Below are positions 33,480 through 52,139 of a DNA stretch of 64,000 nt, piece by piece. This DNA is from the human T2T-CHM13v2.0 reference genome, Homo sapiens. Position numbers and translations under genes: made by a program. Each line of letters begins with the position of its first letter. Positions within the stretch are counted from its first letter, which is position 1. The stretch is taken from the NCBI GenBank assembly GCA_009914755.4, contig CP068257.2:32288001-32352000 (forward strand), written 5' to 3'. The notes below the pieces were generated by a model. It was given only the letters and a program-made list of their open reading frames with translations. It ran no database searches and was not told the DNA's origin.

Positions 33480-34315
33480 ATGTGACAGCTTTCTGCTGGT
33501 AAACCAGAGAATAAGATTCACTGCACTGGAAAAAAAGTGGAAACCACTCACATATTTATCAATGGATGCATGAGTAAACAATATCTGGCATATCCATACA
33601 ATGGAATATTATTCAGCCATAAAAAGGAATGAAGTACTGACACATGCTACCACCCTGAAAAGATGATGCTGGCCGGGCGCAGTGGCTCACGCCTGTAAGC
33701 CCAGCACTTTGGGAGGCCAAGGTGGGTGGATCACCTGAGATCAGGAGTTCAAGACCAGCCCGGCCAACATGGTGAAACCCTGTCTCTACTAAAGATACAA
33801 AAAAAAAAAAAAAAAAAAAAATTAGCTGACCACGGTGGCAGGCGCCTGTGATCCCAGCTACTTCAGGAGGCCGAGGCAGGAGAATCACTTGAACCCAGGA
33901 GGCGGAGGTTGCAGTGAGCCGAGATCGTGACATGGCACTGCAGCCTGGGTGACGAGAGCAAAACTATGGCTCAAAAAGAAAAGAAAAGATGATGCTGAGT
34001 GAGAGAAGCCAGATGACACAAAAGTCTACTTGTATGATTCCATTTATATGACGTGTCAGCAGAAAAACAAACCCGTAGAGACAGAAAGCAGATGAGTGGT
34101 TTCCAGGGTCCGGGGAAGGGAAAAGGGAAGTGACTGCTAACGGGTAAGGCATTAGCTTTAGTTAGTTGATTTCTTTTTGGGGTGATGAATATTCTGGAAT
34201 TAACGGTGATGGTTGCACAACTTTGTGACTATACTAAAAACACTAAATTGTATAGTTTCAGAGAGAAATTTTATAGTGTGTAAACTACATCTCAATTAAA
34301 AAAAAAAAAAGTAAA
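33480..34315 (+). mobile_element. Old L1 3' end (ORF2 C-terminus plus 3'UTR, A-tail at ~34298-34310), interrupted by a nested Alu
   Basis: It has atggaatattattcagccataaaaagg (the MEYYSAIK motif) and a terminal A13. Confidence 0.7.
33672..33990 (+). mobile_element. Alu nested in the L1, with TSD gaaaagatgatgct
   Basis: It matches the Alu consensus and has an A23 tail. Confidence 0.9.
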
Positions 34316-35157
34316 AAGAAAACGCTGCATAAGCCTCCCGTGGGGTTAAAATAAGAGTAAGAGAAAAAAACATGACTTCATTGTGTGGGTGCCTGTGTTG
34401 AAGATGATTTAGTAGCTTCTGCCGTGAGGCATTTGCTAGAATAAAATCCTTTCTGCCCTCATCATTGTCAGCACACTGGTTCGGGCCTTTAGCACTCCTA
34501 CCTGGATCGTGGAACTAAAGAATTTTAGCAGCTGACAAGGACCTTAAAGATTGTAGCCTAACTCTCTCGCTTGTCAGGGGAGGCAGCTGGTGCCAGGCAG
34601 AAGAAGTGGCATGTTTGGAGTGGCCTGCCTGGTGTCTGAGCCACACCTGACACCCAGTGTTCTTTCCACTGGGCCTTTATTGCAATTGTTTTCCTCTCTC
34701 TTTAGTCTCTTCCTGCTCCAGTAGGATTGTACATTCCACTGACCTAATCTTCCCGAAATACAGATCTCATCACGTCACTGCCCTGCTGAAAAAACCCACA
34801 GTGGCTCCCCACTGCCTTCAGGCCCAGACCCCGGGAGCCTCCTTCACCTTCTGTCCACTTCTTGGCTCTCATGGCTTCCTAAACAAACTCCCTTTGCCAC
34901 TGCAGCACATGGCGTGTGTCCCAATATCACGCTTCTGGGCACATGTTGTTAATCCACTTTGCATATGTTTATGTCTTTGTGGCTCAGCTAGATTGCAAGT
35001 TTCTCGGAGACCAGGATCATGCCTTTGACCTCCTGACACAGGGCACAGTGCAATTCCTTGTACTTGTTAGGGGTCTGGAAATATTTGTAGATTAGTTGAT
35101 TTCATTCACAACCACAGCTAGTCTTCACCTGGTACACCTAAGAATATCTTGGAGGAG

Positions 35158-35495
<338 letters not shown>

Positions 35496-36732
35496 TCACT
35501 GTTTTATGCTGCGTCTCTCATGAGTTTAACTTTTGGGTGTAATCTGGACAAGAAGATTCTCGAAACCTCCTATGAGATTGGATTTACTGTCAAAAAAGCA
35601 AAACACACTGACTTCAAAAGAAAAAAGCAAACATTATTTTTGAAACAACCTTTTAATTTCTTATAGAAGTACTGTAATTTGTGTTCTTGGAGATTTAGAA
35701 AATTCAGAGAAAGTTCCAAGAAAATAAAGAAGAAAATTGAAAGCTCCCATAATCCTAGCCCCTAGGGGCTGTCTATTGATAATCTTTCATTTTTACAGCC
35801 ATTTTTCTATGCACACACAAACACCACATATATATTCTTTACAAAAATGAGATTCCACTCTGTATACTGTTTTATATCATGCTTTTAAATTAAGATAAAA
35901 ATTAAAATTTAATAGGACTGCATTAAGTGGGAACAATTTTGCTGCTGTCAACTCGAGAGAGCATTCCAATGACACAGAGAAAGAGCAACTCCCTATTTGT
36001 TTTGCTTCTTTGCAAAACAAACAGGGTAAGAAGAGTTCTGAGAACTAAGGGGCAAGGTGCCTTCCTAGCTGCCGACTTGAGTTGGGCGTGGAGTTGCTTC
36101 ATCTCCTTCTCTGTGTCTCCTCACCAGTTCTATTGAAGGAATTGGAGCTTGTACCCATGAAGGTCCTTTTCTAGTTTTTGGATTTTGTAAGCTTTGTTTT
36201 ACATTTCTCCCATCCCTTCTTTGTGAATATTTCAGAGCCCTCTACTCAAGAGGGTAGGGGATGTGGCTACTTTGTTCCCTGTTTTGTTGCCAGCATGGTG
36301 CCTGGCAAAGAATAGACACTCAATAAATATTTGGTAATGAATGAATGGGTGAGACTCTCATGAGTGATGTCCTTTGTTATGGAAATCACTAGGCCACATG
36401 GTCTTCTTTTGGAAGCACCAAGTAGGAATTCTATATTTAGGTTCTTGGAATTGAAATAATAACACAAGTGACATTGTACATTAATCAATTAATGGAATAT
36501 ATGTAGCTGTGGCCCCATGAGGGAGTTCTTGTTAATTCCATTCCACAAGTGGCCAGGGTCCACTGCTAGCCTCATGATCCCAGGTCCCGGGTCCCCTCTG
36601 CTAATCTTCACTTTTGGGCACCACGGTTTCTCTCTGGTTGGGTAAGTCATTCCACGACCAGTAAGGCAAGCTTAAGGCCGAAGTTTTCAAATGTCAGTGT
36701 TCTTAAGAATTGCCCAGGCCTTACTAATCCCA

Positions 36733-37044
<312 letters not shown>

Positions 37045-37299
37045 TGATTTGAATGCAGGTGGTCTGAAACCTATCGAGAACACTAGCTTGAAACATTTCA
37101 GATTCAGTGTTTTGTAAAGCAGAGGAGAGGCCATGATTGGCCATTAGGAGCTTCATCAAGCGTCAGCTTGCCCACAGCTTTGGTTTCCAGGGAGACTGGG
37201 AAGTAACAATACAATAGTTCATCTTCATTATGAGTGTACCATGCCAAGAGCTTTCCTAAGTGCTTTACATTCATTATCCTCTTTAATTCTCTTAAGAAT

Positions 37300-37470
37300 T
37301 GTATGAGGTAGGTCCTATTATTACCTCTATCTTACAAGGAAACTGAGGATCAGACAAGGATATCTAGCTTATCCATGATTAGGTAGAGCTGACAATGGGA
37401 TTAAATAATCAAGTCCTGCTACTGCCAGGTTAAGAAAACCCAGCTCTTTGTTGTTTTATAACAACTGGGG
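37300..37470 (-). mobile_element. MIR
   Basis: It has caaggaaactgaggatcagacaagg...ctgctactgccaggt. Confidence 0.6.
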
Positions 37471-37712
37471 GAAGCTGGTGTGCATCATTGGCTGATAGGA
37501 AGAGAAATTGAATTCCACATCTATGTCCTACTTCATGCATGGATTGCTCTCAACAACCGTGAAACGGAATACAAAACAGTGAAACAGGTGAAATTCACAT
37601 CTTGTCTTTCCGTGTGCATACTCTTAGGACCAGCCCTGGCCATGTTCTGTATATGACCACTTTAACCTCAAAACTGTACTGTTAAAACTCAACAATAAGA
37701 AAAGGAACAGTC

Positions 37713-39040
<1,328 letters not shown>

Positions 39041-39124
39041 GTTCATTAATTCAAAAAGAACCCCTGAATTGTTTTAACAGGGATATTTGAATATTGAGTA
39101 CTGACCAGATATTTACTGATATTA

Positions 39125-39497
<373 letters not shown>

Positions 39498-39519
39498 TTA
39501 AAAAGTCTTTATGTTTTTA

Positions 39520-39646
39520 GCTGGGTGCGGTGGCTCAGGACTGTAATTCCAGCTACATGAGAGGATTGCCTGAGGCCAGGAGTTTGAGACCAGCCTGAAC
39601 AACATAGTGAGTACCTGTCTCTAAAAAAAAAAAAAAAAAAAAAAAA
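39520..39646 (+). mobile_element. Free left Alu monomer (FLAM-like), with TSD aaaagtctttat
   Basis: It has one monomer plus an A24 tail, and the flanks are duplicated. Confidence 0.8.
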
Positions 39647-40100
39647 AGTCTTTATATTTTAGAGTTATATACTGTAATATGTATGAATGAAATGCTATGA
39701 GGTTTTAGATTTGTTTCAAAACACTCCAATGTGTGTGTGTTGGGAGGAAGTAGATAAAACAGGGCTGGTGATAGGATGATAATTGTTGAAGCTAGCTGAT
39801 GAGCACATAGAGCTTGATTACACTATTACTTCAAGTTTGTACATGTTTGGACATTTCCATAATGTAAAAACACAATTACATGCTTCAAGTCTCAATCCCT
39901 AGGTCTCTTACACTCTGGGAATGGATTTAATAAATTTAGCAAATGCACCTGAGGTTAATAATGGATTTATACATTGCTGTGGCTACAGAACATTTACATT
40001 TTGACACAGGTCTTCAATATCTTAATCTAAATAAGCAAATATTGTGGAAATTTCAGACATTACCCCAATCTGACAGGGCAAATATTTTTATTAGTTCTAA

Positions 40101-40626
<526 letters not shown>

Positions 40627-43432
40627 TGACATCATGGCATTTCAAATTGTGTAACATTCAGAACGTTTTCTGTTGTATCCTTTCCTAGGTCTTCATTACT
40701 TTCCTGGGACTTGACAGGGCATATTGAATCTATCCTGTAATGCATGGGAATAAATAAGGATTCCAAAACGTGAATTGGATTTAGTTAATTTTTGTTTCTC
40801 CATGTCTCCATACACACAGGCAGCATGAGTGAGCATCTAGTATGTATTGGATATGTGCTGGGTTGATACCATAAAGAGATTTATAAAATGGTGCCGACTT
40901 TGAGGGGTTCACACTCTGGGGGAAAGACTGTGCTGTCTAAGTGAATAAATTTGGAGATTGAGGGCTTCATGGAGAGGAGGAAAGTTGTGCTTTATAACAT
41001 CATGGCATATTTGCATGAGCCATGCAAATAAGAAGCTCATCACCCACCCGATTTATGTCAGAATCAGAACCCAAAGCCAGGGACCCACCAACCAACTGTT
41101 CGGCCCAGCACAGTTTCCCTGTGGCAATTCCACTTCTTTTTTTCTTATCTTACGTCGCAGTGTACTTTGTCTCTTGTAACTCCTGCAGGATTTTTCTTAA
41201 AGCCTTACATGGTGCTGTTATCACGTGGCACAAAATGAAGCCGACCTCTTTGTGTGTGGGAATAGAGGGAGCATTACACTGCTGGGATGCAACAGATGGA
41301 GGGTGGAAAGCTGTCCAGCACCTTGTCTCTTCCAAGATACATAGCCCAGGGGTATTCCCATTCCTCCACGACACAAATGACAACTTCCTTGAGCTCTGAT
41401 GGCTTGCCAGGTGGCTGATGGCGTGGAGAACCTTGCTCATGTTTACCTGTTCTTGCATCCATTACTCACCTCTGCCCACGTGCCCCCACACTTGCACACA
41501 AAGCCACAGAGTGGCTTAAAAAAAAAAAATGAAAAGCCTCCCCCCAACCCTATTGTAAAATGTCAAGTGTTTCAGTTTTGAGAAAAAAGAAAGCTGAAGA
41601 AACCATGACTCATGACATGGGCTGACAAACAACGATCTGAAGGTATGCTGGTGAGTCACACTGTGGAGCTCTGCCTTTGTGTTGTGGTGAGGGCCGGGGC
41701 TGGAAGGAGTGTCATGGGACCAGCCAGTAAAATTCCACTACTCTCCGAAGCCGATTGGGAGGCAATTTAAAAACCCTGGGCTTTTTCCAGCCCCAGTGTA
41801 GTGGATGACTCTGGGTCCCCTCAGGTATGTCGATCTGTATGGGAAATCAGGAAGAATGATTATTAATAACTGGAAAAAAAAAACCTGTTAGTATCTTTCC
41901 ATGCCCAATGCCATGCTGAACCAGCCCTGCCTGCTTCTGCAAGCCAGCGAGGCTGCTGGATTTTCTCGAAGGGTATTGAGTTGCTAAGCAACAGCACTGG
42001 CGGCGCCTATCATGCCCAGCGATGTCAATGCCTGAGTGTGGCCTGCAGAGCACATTTGCTCCCCTCCCCCTCGCCTCCTCTCGACCCCTTCCCCCCACTA
42101 CATGAGAACATTAATTTGCATCTCAGGGACAGGAGCTGTGCCAGGTGATTCTGTGTATAAAACAGCGCAGTGCAGCCCCTGAAGCACAAATATTGTTTTG
42201 GGTTGCAAGGCGGTGCATGTGACGTAGTTGAAAATACAGACTCATTTGTGTATACTCCCCACGTAAGGAGGGTAGGCTTCATCTAAAAGCCTGCGTGTCA
42301 AATACTCCTTTCTAATACATCCTGGTGTGCTCTGCCTTGAAGTGTTTTTTTCCTGTCTGCCCATCCAGCATCTTATTTATGCCCCATTCTGTCCCTCTCT
42401 CTCGTTGCCTTTGTTCTGTGGTCTCCTGGGTGATGGAGTTATTGTTTGTGTGTAGGGATGTGTGGATAAAAGGGAGCTGATTTCTAGAGGTGAGATGGCC
42501 CTGTGGTTAACGGTTGGAGGCTGCTGTTGACAAGGCCTGTTGCTGTGGCAGTTTTGCTCCGGAAGTGGCCATTTTCTGGGCAGGGCTCCACCAGAGCACC
42601 ATCTGTCTGTGCCTTTTACTTCCTGTCAAGAGGCAGCAGGCTTCGTGAGCTGGGGAAGTGCCAGAAGCAGCCTTCGAATTAGACAGACCTGGACCCAAAC
42701 CCTTTCTCTTCCCCCCACCCATTTTGGCATCTTGGCACGAGACTGTCCCCATTTCTGGAAAGGGTGTTCACAAGAACAGTCTGGCTGGGTTGTTGGGATG
42801 ACCGAGTGTGATCATGCGTCTCTATGGCTGGCCATGGTGTTTATTCGATGGCAGGTATTACCAGGATGGAGCGAGTCCCAGTAGGAAGGGCCTTTAGGAT
42901 GTCATCTGGTTCCACCCAACAGGGATGGGAACTGTAATTCCCCACTCTCCCTGTGGAGAATCAGGGCGGGCTCCGGATGGATGGCCAAAGGCTGCACAGA
43001 GGTGAGCCTCCAGGGTTGGGTTCTAAGCGCTGTTCACACTCCTGTCCCAGTGGTGTTTGGTCTGGGGCACATTGTGATATGTGTTTCCCTCCTTTCTTAA
43101 AATTAGCTCTTGGCTTCAGGGCCTTGTAGTGGACTGATGTCCCTCCTTAACTGAACAGTCAGTCTGCTTATTTTTTTGGGGTGGTTTAGGGGTAAAAATA
43201 AGTAGATAACTGAACAAAGCTGGCTGGCAGGAACCTTCGGCTGACCGCAGGGCTTTGGTGGTGGTCAAGACCTGGAATTGGATTTGAGGCCTGGCCAGCG
43301 TGAAGGATATGCCATAGGAGCCCAGGAGGATGACTCTGCCAGGCCTGCTTTTGACATGTCTGTCATGCTTCATGCTTTATGCTGCTCTGGGCCATTAAGC
43401 AAGAACTAAATCTGATGCCCAATCAAGGCTGA

Positions 43433-43735
43433 GCTCTTTTTTTTTTTGAGACACTGTCTCACTCTCTTGCCCAGGCTGTAGTGCAGTAGTGTGATCATGG
43501 CTCACTGCAGCCTCAGTCTCCTGGACTCAAGTGATCCTCCCACCTCAGCCTTCTGAGTAGCTGGGAGTACAGGTGAGTCAGGTGAGTCCCACCACACCCG
43601 GCTAATTTTTTTTTTTTTTTTGGTAGAGATGGGGTTTCACTGTGTTACCCAGGCTGGTCTCAAACTCCTGGGCTGAAGACCATCCACTCGCCTCAGCCTC
43701 CCAGTGTTGGGACTATAGGCGTGAGCCACTCATCT
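43433..43735 (-). mobile_element. Alu, with TSD ggctgagct
   Basis: It matches the Alu consensus. Confidence 0.88.
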
Positions 43736-44469
43736 AGTCTAGGCTGAGCTCCTAAACAGGAAATGTGTGGCATGGCTTCTTTGAAGGTGGCTTTCTCATT
43801 CTGAGTTTTAAACCACAACCACTGAAGATGGTTAGTGCCTGCAGAATGCGTACCATTTCCACTCAGAGAAACCATTCCTCCTTAAGGAAAGCTGGGGCCG
43901 TTCCTGGTCTGGCGTTCCCAGTGAAGGAAGAACCAAGTGGATGCCCCTCAACCCCAGCCCGAGGCAGCTGTGTCGTTATGGTCCAGCTGGGCACCCCACT
44001 CTTTAGGAGGTGGAGAGGGAAACAGGGGGATTGGTCTAGGTTTGTGTGGGTCAGAGCCAGGTGAGAAGTTATAGTAGTTGCTGGGCAAAGTAAATAAGAA
44101 GGAGACAGAAAGGCCCAGGCACGCAGGAGACCCCAGCTAAAAGGGCAGGGAGAGGGACACGTTGGTGGTCAAGAAGAGGGAAATGAGGAGGGGCTTTTGG
44201 AGATCCCGCCAAAGAGGTGTTCTGTGAACCCCTCCCGCTGACACACCTACTGAAGGGTCCACTGAGACAGCAAAGCAGGAAGGGTGGAAAGGGTCCGCCA
44301 GGGGCAGTGCCTGACATGTGCTAGAGGTGACGTAGAATCTGGGATCAGCGACAAAAGATCACACCTAGAACCGTGGTCAAGGATGTGAGCCAGATTTTCT
44401 GGGGCTCAGTCCTGGGTTTGTCACTTAACTGTGTCACTTGGAGCAAGTCACATACCTCTGGCAGTCTCA

Positions 44470-44700
44470 GTTGCTCATCAGAAAAATGGGAATTTTATAT
44501 ATATATATAAAAAATATAATTATATATTTATTTATAATATGTGTATATATAATTATATGATTATAATAATCACAAATGGGATTATATATAATATATAATT
44601 ATACATTAATTTATAATATATATTTATTTATAATATATGTGTGTATATATACGCATATATACATATGTATGTATGTCTATATCTCTATCTTTCGGGTTGT
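44470..44700. repeat. AT-rich low-complexity tract with (TA)n/(TATG)n-like segments
   Basis: Direct reading. Confidence 0.8.
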
Positions 44701-46037
44701 TTTGAGAATTAAATGACCTAACCCATGTAAAGCCCTGTGTACCGTGCCTGGCATGTAGGATACTTCATCACTGTCACCTGTTTTTGTTGTTATGACCTGA
44801 GCATCTCCCTGTTCACCAGCCCTTGTTCTTTAGCCACAGGTTGAAGATGACAGTAGATCCTAAGGAACCTCAGTTCTATCCCGAAATGCGAAGGCCTTTT
44901 TACTCAACCACAAAGAAGTGGTCAGCAGAAAACTGGTCATCCCGGCCTCTGGGGCCATGCACAGCACTCAGGAGGAGCTACTATTTTCCCTGCCTGTTTA
45001 CATGCGGCCTGGGGCCTTGTGGGCTATTTGAAAATTAGGACACGAGAAGTCCAAGCAGCACCTGGTAATTAAACTGAGTCCTCTATCAGAGAGAGGCGTG
45101 ACCTTGAAGGGCATCCATACAGGAGCCAGGGGCAAAGCAGAAGGTGGGAGGGATTCTCCAGGCTTGACCCTCTCAGCACATCTCAGTCAGGGGTGCCTGG
45201 CAGCCTAGATTCCAGCCCTGCCCAGTGCCACCCAGAGACCTGAGGGAGGTGGACAGCTGCTCAGCTGGGTGATGGGAGCCTCTAGAAATAGTTGTCAACC
45301 TCATCAAACCAGAGATGAGCCCTTAGGACAGCCAGGGTGTTGATTTCCAGCCAGGCAGGGCATTGGTTCTCCAGTGGGATGTGGACAAGGTTCACTGCAG
45401 CCTCTCAGCAGATGAACTAGGGGAGAGACACTACCCCAACCATGCTCCCCCGACCCTTCGGTGTTAAGTGAAAGTATCTTCCTTTTTTCTCTCTGCTCTC
45501 TCCGCTTTACAACAAAATATTATCTTTAGTCTGCAAAACCAGGGCCAGGAAGAATCTTCACAGCTAGACAGGGCCATGGAAAGATGATGAGGCATATCAG
45601 GAACTATGTAATCTTGTAATACTTCTGCTGCAAAACCTCCTGACGTTCTGAATGAACAGTCACATGCAGCCTCTTCAGTGCAAAACTGAGCTCATAAGAA
45701 AGTAAAGCAAATCTGTAGGGGCCAAATGAAGAGTGAACTGGAAGTCAGAGCTTCAAGTACATGACTGATGTGGTGTATCCCTTGGGGATGGGGGTGTACA
45801 CGCTGGTTTTGGGAAGCAGGGCACTTGGGTTTGAAAGTTCATCCAGGACATTTGTGTGACTCTCAGTTTTTGAATATTGGTGAATAGTGCTGCTTAGAAC
45901 ATTCTGGTATGTGAGTTTTTGTTGCACATAAGGTATTTATGTTGAACAAATATTTAAGAGAAAAATTATTGAATTTAGGTATGTATAACCTCAGATTTGG
46001 AGAATACTGCTAAACAGTTTTTCAAAGTTGCTGTTCA

Positions 46038-46361
<324 letters not shown>

Positions 46362-46397
46362 TCCAACAGCAATGACAACAGTGTAGGAGCATTCTAA

Positions 46398-46775
<378 letters not shown>

Positions 46776-46952
46776 CTTGGATTTGCATTTCTAGGATGAT
46801 GAATGAGAGTGTACTTTCTCATATGTATTGTGGCAATTTGATACCTGCTTTTATGAAGTGTTTGTTCAAGTATTTTGCTCATTTTTTCTATTGGGTCATC
46901 TGTATTTTTCTTACTGATTTACAGTTTATACTTGATTTATAGATTTGTTTGA

Positions 46953-47333
<381 letters not shown>

Positions 47334-49126
47334 TAATGGTGTTTTTGATAAGCAGATGTCCTTGATTTTATTAAAGTTCAAGTCTCTTATTTTTTCCTTA
47401 TAGTTATTACTTTGTGAGACCTACTTAAGAAATATTGCTTAGTCCAAAATAATATATTTTCCTGTGATTTCTTTTAGAAGCTTTATTTTTATATTTTTCA
47501 AATTTAGAGCTACAATCCAATCCATCTTGAATTCTTTTTTTGTATATATAGTTTTAAAAAAATATATAGAGGTTGGTATTAATTTTTTTACATCTAGATA
47601 GCCAACTGACCCAACACTATTTATTGAAAATAATATTATTTCTCTTGTGTTACATTGTCACCATTGCTGTAAATCAAGAGACCGTATATCTATAGGTCAG
47701 TTTCTGGATCCTGGATTCTGTTCCAATGGTCTATTTGTTTATCCTTGTGACATTATCTTACTGTATACCATTACTTCATTCTATAATGAGTCTTGATATC
47801 AAATAGGGAAAGTCTTCCAACTTTGTTTTTCTTTAAGATTGTCTTGGTTCTTTTTGCCCCTTAACATTTTCATATAAAATTTAGAATGAGCTTGTCAATT
47901 TCCATGCACGCTCACAATAAACCCGCTGGGATTTTTATTAGAATTACACAGAAACTCTAGATATGCCAGATTGTAGAGAGTTTATATCTTTATAATATTG
48001 AATCTTCCAATATTGAATGGTAGAGCTCTTACACAACTTCCATTATGTTAATACCTAGGTTTGTGATTTTTTGGATGCTACTATTTATTAGTCTGTTCAG
48101 GCTGCCATAACAAAATAACATAGACTGGGTAGCTTAAAAAACAGAAATTGATTTCTCACAATTCTGGTGGTTGGGAAGTTCAAAATGAAGGTACCAGCCA
48201 ATTTGGTTCCTAGTGAGCATTTTTCCTGGTGTAGGAGATGGTTATTCTTCTAGGTGGGCACCATCTTGCTATGTGTTCACATGATCTCTTCTTTGTGGGT
48301 GTGTCGCAAGAGATAGCAAGTGAGCAAGCTCCCTGGTGTCTCTTCTTATAAGGGCACTAATTCCATCATGAAAGGCCCACCTTCATGGCCTCATGTAACC
48401 TTAATTACTTCCCCAAAGCCCCATTTTCAAATACAATATATTGGGGGTTAGGGCTTCAACATGTGAATTTTGGAGGGACATAAACATTCAGTACGTAACA
48501 TACTATAAATTCTTCATGTAGGTTCAAGGTTCAAATGTATATTACCCATTTGGTCTGGGAATTCTTAAGATAAAAGATTAATATAGAAGTGGTATCAAGC
48601 AGTGATGGTATCCCTGCAATGTCTGTCAGAAGCAATAAAAAATCTTCTCTGGAGGAACATTCCCTCAATTCAGGCAGTTGAAGATTGCTACAAACAGAGT
48701 CCTACTAAATATAAGTTCACAATCCAATTACAAAACATACGAGGAATCAATTTACCATGAGCAAGAGTCAGCCGACCAAGCAACTGATGGATTATGTTTC
48801 AAGAACTTAAGATAATAGAACTATCAAATATACTATAAAATAAATATATTTAAAATTATTAAAGACTTAAAAAGGAATTGAAAATTGATAAAGAGAATAA
48901 GACTATTAAAAGGAGGAGGCAGATTTGAAAAAGAATAATATTAATAAAAATGAAAAGTATATAGTCATTAAAATTAAAAACTCAATGGACAGATTAGAGA
49001 CAGCTGAAGGGGAATTAGGGACTTGGAAGGTACAGGAAATTTCACAGAAAGCAGTTTAGAGAGATTAAGAGATGGAAAATATGAAAGAGAGATTAAGAGA
49101 CAAGTAGGACAGAATGAGAAATTCTA

Positions 49127-49525
<399 letters not shown>

Positions 49526-49782
49526 TTAGAATTGGTTTAAGACTTAAATCCTAAAAATCAATCAGTCTGATTACTCTTGAGCAGAATTAAAAAAATATAT
49601 ATGTATAGTTTAGAGGATAAAGGAGGAATCAGTAAAACTCAAACAATCCAAGAGACAGAGAAAAGAAACAAAGAAAAGACAGAGTAAGTAGGAAGTATAA
49701 AATAAAGCAATGGTAATAAAACTAAATATATGAGTAATCATAATGCATATAAATAGAATAAATTATTCAGTTAAAAGACAGA

Positions 49783-49915
49783 AGCTAGGTGTGGTGGCTC
49801 ATGGCTTGAAGTCTCAGCTACTTGGGAGGATGGTGTGGGAGGACTGCTTAAGTCTAGGAGTTTGAGACCAGCCTGGGCACCACAGTTAGACCCTGTCTAA
49901 AAAAAAAAAAAAAAA
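49783..49915 (+). mobile_element. Alu monomer-like fragment
   Basis: It has a partial Alu and an A-tail. Confidence 0.7.
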
Positions 49916-49935
49916 AGAGATTGTTAGAATAGGTT

Positions 49936-49937
<2 letters not shown>

Positions 49938-49985
<48 letters not shown>
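49938..49985. repeat. (CA)n microsatellite, ~22 units
   Basis: Direct reading. Confidence 0.95.
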
Positions 49986-49988
<3 letters not shown>

Positions 49989-50427
49989 TGCAGTCTAGTA
50001 TTCTAGTATGCCTCTTGTTTAGAGAGTGACGCAGAAAGGTAGAAAATACACACCAGGGGAATACTAATCAAAAGAAAACTAGTTCGGCTATAGTAATAAC
50101 AGACAAAATGGACTTTTTAATACATGTATAAAAACACTTTAAAGAGAAAAATAGTCACTACATATGATAAAAGGAACAGTTCATTAAGATACATTCACCT
50201 CCATTGACCTAGCAAGATCACCTTAAAACATATGTAGCAAAATTTTACAAAATTAGGAGGAAAAATAGACAAATCCATACTTGTAGTGAGAGATTTTAAC
50301 ATACCTCTCATAGTAATTGATAAACCAAGAAGACAGAGAATTAGTATGATTATGGAACATATAAACAATATAAGAAGCTTGAACAATAATTATATGTGTA
50401 ATTTTACACTCAACAATCAGAGAATAG

Positions 50428-50740
50428 GCCGGGTGCAGTGGCTCATGCTTGTAATCCCAGCACTTTGGGAGGCTGAGGTGGGTGGATCATTTGAGGTCAG
50501 GAGTTCCAGACCAGCCTGGCCAACATGGCAAAACTCCGGGTCTACTAAAAATACAAAAATTAGCTGGGCATGGTGGCGGGCACCTGTAATCTCAGCTACT
50601 CAGGAGGCTGAGGCATGAGAATCGCTTGAACCCGGGAGGTGGAGGTTGTAGTGAGCCGAGATCATGTCACTGTACTCCAGCCTGGGCAACAGAGCGAGAC
50701 TTCGTCTCAAACAACAACCACCCCGCCCCCCACTGAAAAA
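50428..50740 (+). mobile_element. Alu
   Basis: It matches the Alu consensus. Confidence 0.9.
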
Positions 50741-51329
50741 AGTTAGAGAATATACATTCTTTCTAAGCAGATACAGAAAATATACAGATTTTGACCATGT
50801 ACTGGATATTTATATCATGAAGCTATTTATGTAAAGCTTAAAAACCCATAAAACTATACTATACCATATTCATGGATCTTCATAAAAAACATAAAATACA
50901 TGGGGGCAATAGATCCTACATTCAGGCTGTAGGTTTTTCTGCAGTTGGAAGGAGGAAAAGGGGATGGGGGAGGGACATATTAGGGGCCTCAGCGGTATAT
51001 GTAGTGCTTAAAACAACCTTAAATAAGAGATCAGCTTCCTGTCCTGATCCAGAAGGAGTCTAACCTCTAAGCCTCTCTCTCTCCCACTGATTATAACTAA
51101 AACTTTTAAAAGCAGAAAATACTTAAGACTTGGAAAAGTCATAGCATGCAGACTGAGGAAGGGAGTCAAAACTTGAAGAATGAATTGTTCAGAGCTGAAT
51201 TTCTCATTTTCCCCCATTCTATTTCCCAACTTTGATCTGAGGGCAGCCTAGTTGTGGACCTAAAATCCTGAGAAAAACCCTATATTTCTGGCCAGAGGAC
51301 TGAGAAAATGGATCCCTGGGAACTAGATA

Positions 51330-51850
51330 ATAGGGCAGCAGTCCCCAACCTTTTTGGCACTGGGGACCAGTTTCATGGAAGAAAATTTGTCCATGGACCT
51401 GGGTAGGGGGATGGTTTCAGGATGATTCAAGTGCGTTACATTTATTGTGCCCTTTTATTTCTATTGTTATTACATTGTAACATATAATGAAGTAATTATG
51501 CAACTCACCATAAGGTAGAATCAGTGGGAGTGCTGAGCTCGTTTTCCTGCAACTAGACGGTCCCATCTGGGGGTGATGGGAGACAGTGACAGATCATCAG
51601 GCATTTGATTCTCATAAAGAGCATGCAACCTAGATCCCTTGCATGCACAGTTCACAACAGAGTTTGTGCTCCTATAAGAATCTGATGGCTCTGCTGATTT
51701 GACAGGGGATCAGGCAGTAATGGGAGAGATGGGGACTGGCTGTAAATACAGATAAAGCTTCACTCGCTTGCTTACAGCTCACCTTCTGTTGTGTAGACCT
51801 GTAATGGTCCATGGCCCAGGGACTGGGGGCTCCTGGAGTAGGGGAAATGC
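51330..51850. mobile_element. Hairpin-type interspersed repeat with terminal inverted repeats (cagtccccaacctttttggcac...ggcccagggactgggggctcc). It is probably an ancient non-autonomous DNA transposon.
   Basis: The two ends are mutual reverse complements over ~30 bp. Confidence 0.5.
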
Positions 51851-52139
51851 TGGAGAAGAGGGATTCCTTAGTTCTGTGTATGGACCAACACAAATCTTGA
51901 GCTCAGCCTCAAGTTGTATATACCCAGGACAGACCTAAAAGTACTACTGCAAAGATTTTCACAACTGACCTGACACTAGAACCCTGCAAACAGAAGGCAA
52001 GACAGAACCTGTGATCTGAACACAACAGGGTTAATGGCCTGCTAAACAAATCGAAACCAACATTCTCTAGAAGTTTTACAAGGAGAATCTAGAATTTCAT
52101 GGAATAATATTAGAAATGTACAAGATACAATCCAAACTT

